A stretch of DNA of 64,000 bases from Thermodesulfobacteriota bacterium (GTDB taxonomy: Bacteria; Desulfobacterota; Desulfobacteria; Desulfobacterales; SURF-7), in NCBI GenBank assembly GCA_049320885.1, contig JBMORA010000063.1, positions 137,737-201,736 of the forward strand, written 5' to 3'. The notes under the pieces were generated by a model. That model searched no databases, was not told the origin of the DNA, and was given only the letters and a program-made list of their open reading frames with translations. The translations under genes and the position numbers were made by a program. Positions 57,223 to 64,000 of the stretch are shown here, one piece after another (position 1 is the first letter of the stretch; every line of letters starts with the position of its first letter).

Positions 57223-58386
57223 TCATCTCAGCGCCACCGCTGTCGTCAACAATTCCACCACCTCGTTGATCTCAGCGGTCTTGTCAAACCGTGCGGCCTT
57301 CCCCACAACCAGCCAGCGCAGCGCCAGATGGCTGAAGGCACCAACGAACAGATTCCGGAAGATCCGGTTGTTCACGGAGGACCGGATACTGCCGTCCGAT
57401 TTGCCTTCATCTAGAATTCGATCCAGCATATGCAGGTACTTTACAAAATCGGAATACACGTCGGATTGATAAAATTCCCGATTGAAAATCCCGTTGAGAA
57501 TGAACGCCTTGGTAAAAGCGGGGCGGCTCAGGTAGACGGAGTAATGATGCCGCACGAATCGTCGCAGTTTGCGCAAGGGGGTTTTGACCGAAAACAGTTC
57601 CTCCAATGAGTTCAGGTGCTGGCCCAAACGAGCACGCATGATGGAGAACAGCAACTCTTGTTTGTTCGGGAAAAAATCGTAAATGGTCCCCTCGGCCACC
57701 CGTGCTGCCCGTGATATCTCGGATATGGTCGCATGATCAAATCCCTCGCGGGCGAAAACTTCCTCGGCCGCCTTCCATATTCTGGTATATTTGTCGGCCG
57801 GGGACCGGGATGTATCGGTCAACAGCGGATTCAACAGGGCCCAGATTTCATCCAGATCCTTCCGGGCATCCTCTTTTTGCAGGCCGGTAAGATAGAGAAT
57901 GTTTTCCATGTCCAGGAGTCCCAGGATCATATCCCGAACCACCAACAGGTTCAGTTCATCGGGGAATGCGCCGGCTTTCTGCCCATCCTCCAGGATCTCC
58001 CTCAGCAGACGGCTCCATTCCCGGAAATATTGGAATGAATCATGGGAAAAAAATTGTATTTTCGAACGGCATTCAAAGATGGTGAAATCGGCGTAGCGGC
58101 TGTTGGTGTCGTGATAAAAAAGCTGAAACCAGATGAATTTACGCAATCGCTCAGTGGGCTCCGTTATTCCCTTCAAGTGCCGTGAAAGTTCTCGGACACC
58201 GGCCTTCAGATGCTCACCGGCCGCCTGGAAGAGGAGATCCTCCTTGTTCTTGTAATAATGATACAGAACCGAATCCGTCACGTCGGCGGCCGCCGCGATT
58301 TCGGCGATGGTGAACTCAATGCCCTTGCGCGCGATCATCTCGACAGCGACGTCCAGAATATCTTGTTTCCTGTCGATTTGTTTCAT
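57223..58386 (-). CDS. tandem (duplicated) TetR/AcrR-family regulator
   Basis: Two TetR_N HTH modules sit in one chain. The first contains FTIAEIAAAADVTDSVLYHYYKNKEDLL (residues about 25-52). The second contains ATISEISRAARVAEGTIYDFFPNKQELL (residues about 215-245). Confidence 0.8.
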   Translation of the reverse strand: MKQIDRKQDILDVAVEMIARKGIEFTIAEIAAAADVTDSVLYHYYKNKEDLLFQAAGEHLKAGVRELSRHLKGITEPTERLRKFIWFQLFYHDTNSRYADFTIFECRSKIQFFSHDSFQYFREWSRLLREILEDGQKAGAFPDELNLLVVRDMILGLLDMENILYLTGLQKEDARKDLDEIWALLNPLLTDTSRSPADKYTRIWKAAEEVFAREGFDHATISEISRAARVAEGTIYDFFPNKQELLFSIMRARLGQHLNSLEELFSVKTPLRKLRRFVRHHYSVYLSRPAFTKAFILNGIFNREFYQSDVYSDFVKYLHMLDRILDEGKSDGSIRSSVNNRIFRNLFVGAFSHLALRWLVVGKAARFDKTAEINEVVELLTTAVALR

Positions 58387-58432
58387 GAAATCCAGTGAGA
58401 TGGATTTAAATCAGGATGCTGCTCTGTCGGGG

Positions 58433-59587
58433 TTAGAACCCCAGATCAAACTGGAAGGAGACGTCATCCAGCATCAGGTCTTTCTTCACTCTTTCGCGGC
58501 GATGGCTCAGATCCGAGCCCAGTCTCGTGCCCGATACGGACATCTTTAGATATTCATTGAAGTTGTAGCTGAAGCCGAAGGACATATCCAATGTTTTCCA
58601 GCTGCTGTGGGACAATTTCGACCATTCAAGCGATTCATCCGGCAGGGTGGCGTAGGATGCCGACATCATGAGCGCCCAACTGGCGTTTTGCGGCGCCATC
58701 CGGGCTCCCAAGCCCAGAATCTGTCGTGTGCCGTCCTTTTCATATACGGTGGACCGTCCTTCCACATATCCCACCGAGGGTGAAATGGCGAGCCATTGGA
58801 AAATCCTCGCATCCGTGGAAACCCAGGCGCCTTTCCGGAATCCCAGATCATAGGAGTTATACAACGGATCGAAACCTGCATACGATAATCCGCCGGTTGG
58901 GTCATCCTGGTTGAATTCCGTGAAAGCCCCGAGGTTCAGATCCATAACGGTCCCAATCAGCGGAGTATTGTAGCCCAATTCAAATACCCGGTTGGTTTCG
59001 TATTTGGAACCCCGTTCCCGGGAAGCGAACATCTCCGTATTGACATAGGAAGCCAGCCCTTTAACGCGCTTGGAACCGATAAACCGGTTGCGCCAATACC
59101 GGTTGGAAAGGCTGGAAATCGTGACTCCCGCCTTGCGGGAGGCATGAATAAATTTGCCGTCGGCCAGATAAATCCCAACGTGGTTGATACGTTTTTTCCC
59201 CGGACCATAGAAAACAAGATCACCGGGGCGCAGGTCTTTCATGGGAACGCTTTCCAAAATGGGAAGGCGGCTCTGACGGGTGGAATTATGAGGGATATTA
59301 ATACCGAACAACCTGGAATATAACTGGCTTGTCAGCCCCGAACAGTCAATGCCTTTGGCACTGGTCCCGCCCGCCCGGTAAGGGGTGCCGAGAAATTTTT
59401 CCGCTTCCTCCCGGAGTCGCGTTTCAACGATATCATCATACTGGTTGAAAGCGGTTGGGTTTTGTGAATAGGTTTCACGGGAATACCGGTTCAGGGTGTT
59501 TTTCCCGGCCGTTACAACCGAAGGGAGAAACAACAACAGTATGAATAAGAAATGAGCGTAAGAACCTGGTCTTCCTTTTTCAGTCAT
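58433..59587 (-). CDS. NlpC/P60 (C40) peptidase fused to C-terminal beta-barrel-like domain
   Basis: It has a signal peptide (FLFILLLFLPSVVTAG) and the NlpC/P60 Cys-His core (GGTSAKGIDCSGLTSQLY, INHVGIYLADGKFIHAS). About 230 C-terminal residues have alternating-hydrophobic strands and end in FQFDLGF. I prefer the ATG at 59587. Confidence 0.75.
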   Translation of the reverse strand: MTEKGRPGSYAHFLFILLLFLPSVVTAGKNTLNRYSRETYSQNPTAFNQYDDIVETRLREEAEKFLGTPYRAGGTSAKGIDCSGLTSQLYSRLFGINIPHNSTRQSRLPILESVPMKDLRPGDLVFYGPGKKRINHVGIYLADGKFIHASRKAGVTISSLSNRYWRNRFIGSKRVKGLASYVNTEMFASRERGSKYETNRVFELGYNTPLIGTVMDLNLGAFTEFNQDDPTGGLSYAGFDPLYNSYDLGFRKGAWVSTDARIFQWLAISPSVGYVEGRSTVYEKDGTRQILGLGARMAPQNASWALMMSASYATLPDESLEWSKLSHSSWKTLDMSFGFSYNFNEYLKMSVSGTRLGSDLSHRRERVKKDLMLDDVSFQFDLGF

Positions 59588-60204
59588 GTCCACTTGTATT
59601 TCCGGTCTTTGTTCGGCACAATCCCCAAAACAGATGGCGCGCCGCAACGAGAACAACTGCATCAAACCGATCTTGAACCTTCGACGCTTGATTACCCCGG
59701 GTGGAGACCTATCCACAGCCATGGCGTCCGAATTTTGGTTTCATACTACCAGCATGAAACCTCGTGTCAAGACTTTTTTCTTTCCAAGCCAATTTGTTAC
59801 ACCTCCCCTGATGAAACAAACGCAGACAAGCGAGACCCCCATCTAATTCATAACAATTTGATTTATAAGTATTTATATAGATTCGAACGGCTTTCTATTT
59901 TATTTTTCCTGACCGTTTTTTAACAGACCAGCCAAATTCAACCGAGAATATCATATTATTTATTCAATATTAGCATATTATATATATTTACCCATACGGA
60001 TTGCAACCTATGGATCCTTTTCCCGATAATAGAATATCGCTCATTCCACTGCCTTGCCTTTTTGAAAAACGGGATTGAAAAAGCGTTCCAAGCCAAAGAA
60101 AGCCAGGCCCGAAAGATGGCGGGACGTTTTCGGCCCATGGACCGATCACGGAGAAAACGATAAAATAAGCTCCCAAATGGGATGATATCTGATATGGTTT
60201 TACG

Positions 60205-61515
60205 ATGCGCAAGATGGAAACGAAAACCAAAACAACCAAAGTCTTTTACGGCTGGTACATCGTCGGTATCGCATTCTGGGCCAACTTCATGTCCGTAGGT
60301 ACCGGTTTCTATGCCTTGAACGCGTTCATGGAGCCGCTCTGCAATCTGCGGGGGTGGACGCGGACCGACATCAACCTGGCTCTTGTGATCGGCACGTTTT
60401 TCGGCTTCCTGGGACAATTTGTCTACGGCACCCTGGTTCGCCGGGGTGGTGTCCGCCGCTTGATGCTGCTGGGCGCCCTCAGCAGCGGGGTTTCTTTCGT
60501 TTTCATCCCCCGGGCGGAAACCCTGTGGGGTTTTTATTTGGTTTACACCCTGCTCTTCATCGGTAACGGGGCTTATGGGGGCATCGTAGCCGCCACCGCC
60601 GTCAACAACTGGTTCATTCAAAAACGAGGGCAGGCCCTCGGCCTTTCCACTTCGGGAATCTCGCTCTCCGGCGCTGTTCTGCCCATGACCGCCCTGTATG
60701 CCATCACCCGGGCCGGGATAGAGGAGGCGGCCCTGATTCTCGGGGCCTCGGTGCTGCTGGTGGCTCCGCTGGCCTGGTCACTGGTCAGGGACTGGCCGGA
60801 AGATCTGGGCTTGCAACCGGATGGCCTGCCCGGACACGCCCCTGCTGAATTGCAACGGCATACCGCCGTTCCGACCAACCACCGCCCATCGGAGTCGCTT
60901 GCCGGTTCTTACACCCCCTGGACACTTGCACGGCTTTTGCGCAACGGCTCTTTCTGGAAAATGGGCTGTTCCTTTGGCTTGCTCATGATCGGAACGGTGG
61001 GTGTCATGTCCCAGCTCAAGCCCAGATTTTCCGACCTCGGTTTCAACGATCTGCATGCCATGGGATTGATGTCCGTAACTGCCCTTGTCGGCGCCATGGG
61101 AAAATATTTCTGGGGGTCCTTCTGTGACCGCTTTGAACCGACCCGCGTTGCCGTCATTCTATCCCTGGCCAACGCAGCCGGCCTGGGGCTGGCGCTGTTT
61201 CACGACTCTTTTGTCGCGCTGACATTGTTCATGGTGGTTTTCGGGTTTACCATGGGCGGCATCATGTCAATTTATCCGGTCATGGTAGCGCACCTGTTCG
61301 GCCGCGAATCCTTTCCCTCGGTCCTTCGCTACATCTCCATTTTCCTGATATCCCAGCTGCTGGGCTACATCATAGCCGGCCAGAGCTTTGACCGCGCAGG
61401 GTCCTATGATCCGGCATATGGGATCTTCATGATCCTGGATTGCATTGCCGCCATATTGCTGCTGTCCATGAAACCAACTACGCCCCAAGACTACCGCAGT
61501 CAGGTTTCTCCATGA
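60205..61515 (+). CDS. MFS transporter (oxalate/formate antiporter-like)
   Basis: It has 12 predicted hydrophobic segments, a central loop after TM6, and an N-terminus (YGWYIVGIAFWANFMSVG) typical of OFA-like MFS proteins. Confidence 0.7.
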   Translation: MRKMETKTKTTKVFYGWYIVGIAFWANFMSVGTGFYALNAFMEPLCNLRGWTRTDINLALVIGTFFGFLGQFVYGTLVRRGGVRRLMLLGALSSGVSFVFIPRAETLWGFYLVYTLLFIGNGAYGGIVAATAVNNWFIQKRGQALGLSTSGISLSGAVLPMTALYAITRAGIEEAALILGASVLLVAPLAWSLVRDWPEDLGLQPDGLPGHAPAELQRHTAVPTNHRPSESLAGSYTPWTLARLLRNGSFWKMGCSFGLLMIGTVGVMSQLKPRFSDLGFNDLHAMGLMSVTALVGAMGKYFWGSFCDRFEPTRVAVILSLANAAGLGLALFHDSFVALTLFMVVFGFTMGGIMSIYPVMVAHLFGRESFPSVLRYISIFLISQLLGYIIAGQSFDRAGSYDPAYGIFMILDCIAAILLLSMKPTTPQDYRSQVSP

Positions 61516-61755
61516 ATTTTTCCGCCGCCATGGCAAATCCTCCCCCAGCAACCCCCTGCAACTTTCAAGGTCAATGGATAGTTTTTTTTGACAAAATGAA
61601 TTCTCTGGGATATGACGGAACGGCATAATTCTCCACAAACAGGGTTTTATTCAAGAAACACGCGACATACAACTGTCGGACAGCGACATTCCATCCGGAA
61701 TCGGTGGTGCCTAAGGAAGAGGAATTTCATATAATCGTGACAGAAAGGAGCGTAA

Positions 61756-63531
61756 ATGAAAACAACGGTCATGGAAACAATGCAAAAGACGGTCGCCAAA
61801 TATGGAAACAAAACAGCTCTGAAAACCAAGATCGGAGGTGTGTGGAAAGAAATGACCTGGAATGAGTATCACAGTCAGATCCGGACGACTGCCCGTGCCT
61901 TCATCTCTTTAGGCCTGGAACAAAAGAAGGCGGTAAGCATTCTAGGCAACAACTGCCCGCAATGGTTTATCAGCAATATGGCCGGCATTTTCGCAGGCGC
62001 CGTTCCCGGCGGCATATACACCACCAACAGTCCGGAACAGTGCCAGTACATTGCCGAACACAGCGAGGCCAATATCGCCGTGGTGGAGAATGCCGAACAA
62101 CTGGCAAAATTCAAAAAGGTATGGCAAAACCTGCCGGAATTGAGGGCCATCGTTCTGATGAACGGCTCGGATTCGGACAAGAACGTCTATTCCTGGAGCG
62201 ACCTGCCCAAACTCGCGGAAAAAACCAGCGAGGCCGAACTGGAAAAACGCATCAAGGCGCAGAACCCGGATGACTGCTGCACCCTGATTTACACATCCGG
62301 CACTACGGGAAATCCCAAGGGAGTCATGATCAGCCACGACAACATCACCTGGACCGCCGGCCAGGTCATCAATCTGATCAACGGCAATGATGAAGATCAG
62401 ATCATCAGCTATCTTCCCCTGAGTCACATCGCCGAGCAGGTCGTCAGCATGCATGGGCCCGTCATCATGGGCGCCACCAGCTGGTTTGCGGAGAGCCTGG
62501 ATCTGTTGGGCGACAATCTCCGGGAAGTCCGTCCAACCATTTTTGTCGGTGTACCCCGGGTCTGGGAAAAAATTCAGGCCAAAATGGTTGCCGCCGGCGC
62601 ACAGAACCCGCCGTTGAAAAAGAAGATCGCCGCCTGGGCCCGTAAAAAAGGCCTTGCCGCCGGATATGCCGACCAGGAAGGCAAACCCAGACCATTCATG
62701 TATGGCCTGGCACAAAAACTGGTGTTTTCGAAGGTGCGGGAAAAATTGGGGCTGGACCGCTGCCGCCTGTTCATTTCCACAGCCGCCCCGATTTCCATGG
62801 ACACGCTGGAATTCTTTCACAGCCTGGCCGTACCCATCACGGAAGTGTACGGCATGAGCGAGTGCACCGGACCCGGCACGGTTTCACTGCCCGAGCCCTT
62901 CAAATACCGGATCGGCTGGGCTGGACCATGCGTCCCCGATACGGAAATATCCATTGCCGAGGACGGCGAAGTGCTGATGCGCGGCCGGCATGTATTCAAG
63001 GGCTATTTTAAAAATGAGGCCGCCACCGAGGAAGCCTTGGATAAAGACGGTTGGCTCCATTCCGGCGATGTGGGCATCATCGACGACAAAGGCTTCCTGA
63101 AAATCACCGACCGCAAAAAGGAATTGATCATCACGGCCGGCGGCGAAAATATCCCACCGCAGGTTCTGGAGGGGAAACTCAAGGCCATTCCGGTGATCAG
63201 CCAGGCCGTGGTGGTGGGTGATCGGCGCAAATTCATGACCGCCCTTTTCACCCTCGACCCGGAAAAGGTAAAAGCAGAGGCCCAGGCTGCCGGAAGCTCG
63301 GCGACGACGGCAAAAGAAGCCTCCAAATGCGAAAAGTTCAAAGCTCACCTGCAAAAACAGGTGGACCAGGTTAACACGACCCTGGCCAGGGTCCAGTCCA
63401 TTAAAAAATGGGTCATTCTGCCGGAGGAATTGTCCATCGAGGGCCAGGAATTGACGCCGACCATGAAATTGAAAAGACGGATCATCTATTCCAAATACGC
63501 CCAGGAAATCGAAGCGATGTACAAAGAATAA
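61756..63531 (+). CDS. long-chain acyl-CoA synthetase (AMP-forming)
   Basis: It has the AMP-binding motif YTSGTTGNPKGVMISH, GDVG..D..GFL.ITDRKKE and the length typical of FAA1/FadD-type ligases. Confidence 0.8.
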   Translation: MKTTVMETMQKTVAKYGNKTALKTKIGGVWKEMTWNEYHSQIRTTARAFISLGLEQKKAVSILGNNCPQWFISNMAGIFAGAVPGGIYTTNSPEQCQYIAEHSEANIAVVENAEQLAKFKKVWQNLPELRAIVLMNGSDSDKNVYSWSDLPKLAEKTSEAELEKRIKAQNPDDCCTLIYTSGTTGNPKGVMISHDNITWTAGQVINLINGNDEDQIISYLPLSHIAEQVVSMHGPVIMGATSWFAESLDLLGDNLREVRPTIFVGVPRVWEKIQAKMVAAGAQNPPLKKKIAAWARKKGLAAGYADQEGKPRPFMYGLAQKLVFSKVREKLGLDRCRLFISTAAPISMDTLEFFHSLAVPITEVYGMSECTGPGTVSLPEPFKYRIGWAGPCVPDTEISIAEDGEVLMRGRHVFKGYFKNEAATEEALDKDGWLHSGDVGIIDDKGFLKITDRKKELIITAGGENIPPQVLEGKLKAIPVISQAVVVGDRRKFMTALFTLDPEKVKAEAQAAGSSATTAKEASKCEKFKAHLQKQVDQVNTTLARVQSIKKWVILPEELSIEGQELTPTMKLKRRIIYSKYAQEIEAMYKE

Positions 63532-63538
63532 TCCGGAC

Positions 63539-63575
63539 AAAAAAGCCGGGGTGTTTGACGAAAAAACACCCCGGC
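63539..63575. terminator. intrinsic terminator between convergent genes (best on minus strand)
   Basis: An A-run (63539-63544) is followed by the stem GCCGGGGTGTT (63545-63555), a 9-nt loop and AACACCCCGGC (63565-63575). Read on the minus strand, the stem is followed by TTTTTT. Confidence 0.6.
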
Positions 63576-63609
63576 TGGTCCGGAATCCGTAACCTCTCCG
63601 CTTTTCGGA

Positions 63610-64000
63610 TCAGGGTTTCATTTCATAAGCGCCTTTCAGCGGCACCACATGCGTTTCCCAGATATGGTTGAACCGCTTCGGGTCGACAACCGCCTTTTTG
63701 ATCATCCGCAGGCAGAGCCCCATCTGCTGGTCCGTGCTGCTCGGCTTGGAATACAGCTGCAGGGAGAATTTGGAAAAATCCCGCACCATGAAATCAAAAA
63801 TCTGGTCCAGCAGCTGATCCTCAATGGCGTAAATTTTCGCGTTTTCGATGATCAGCTGCCCATAGGCCACCAGGGTAAAAAGCTCTCCCAGAATCAACAG
63901 ATAATCGATATCCTGCTGTTGTTCCTTGCTGGGGGGCGCCGTCATCAAAAATTCCTTCAACACCTCGATCTGCTCCTTGAAGACCCGGATATTGGGCAGA
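63610..64000 (-). CDS. acyl-CoA dehydrogenase, C-terminal region (5' end outside window)
   Basis: The frame stays open to the window edge (...LPNIRVFKEQIEVLKEFLMTAPPSKEQQQDIDYLLILGELFTLVAYGQLIIENA...). It resembles the extra C-terminal domain of FadE-type acyl-CoA dehydrogenases. It is convergent with the acyl-CoA ligase gene. Confidence 0.5.
   Translation of the reverse strand, partial: LPNIRVFKEQIEVLKEFLMTAPPSKEQQQDIDYLLILGELFTLVAYGQLIIENAKIYAIEDQLLDQIFDFMVRDFSKFSLQLYSKPSSTDQQMGLCLRMIKKAVVDPKRFNHIWETHVVPLKGAYEMKP

Noticed and set aside
1-64000. Search for tRNA, rRNA, CRISPR arrays or known defence-system genes
   Set aside because: The intergenic spacers contain no T-loop-like GGTTCGA motifs, no regularly spaced repeats and no rRNA-like stretches. 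The only helicase- or nuclease-like genes are housekeeping types (rhlE-like, recJ, BFN).

Overview
The window is a gene-dense chromosomal segment of high G+C (about 60% by eye). It looks like an anaerobic, deltaproteobacterium-like (Desulfobacterota) genome; this guess rests only on gene content: nrfHA, a BadH-like SDR and many sensor proteins. I support about 50 protein genes. They include nrfH-nrfA, a MocR regulator with a divergent aminotransferase, an MCP with a periplasmic Cache protein, glgP and two hybrid histidine kinases. They also include a CHASE2 adenylate/guanylate cyclase operon, a P-type cation ATPase, a TM-ankyrin/trkH/trkA operon and menB with a thioesterase. The rest are an HDOD/kinase/regulator module, two glycosyltransferases, glnS, miaB, recJ, a double TetR, an NlpC/P60 protein, an MFS transporter, an acyl-CoA ligase and partial genes at both edges. 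I found no rRNA, tRNA or CRISPR array. Four things stand out. (1) A ~210-bp leader is duplicated in direct orientation upstream of both the P-type ATPase and the ankyrin-trkHA operon. Its ~138-bp core (a TTGACA-N17-TAAGCT promoter plus a fully conserved ~60-nt 5' leader) is almost identical between copies, while an adjacent ankyrin-gene remnant has decayed. This makes it a candidate shared cis-regulatory RNA or operator for cation homeostasis. (2) A tightly overlapping minus-strand operon links a CHASE2 cyclase to a secreted SH3 protein, an M48 protease, a FadL/PorV-like barrel and an 892-aa orphan lipoprotein. (3) A ~3.3-kb lower-GC segment (rhlE-like helicase, IS91-type transposase relic, ybiT-like ABC-F) is bracketed by 71-bp and 20-bp direct repeats. 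(4) Several domain architectures are unusual: a response regulator with a Cys-rich C-terminal module, an NlpC/P60-barrel fusion, a tandem TetR and a LepB with a multi-TM N-terminal extension. Many long ORFs in the track are antisense artefacts of the high G+C. Several track ORFs have N-terminal extensions that I trimmed using RBS and overlap evidence.
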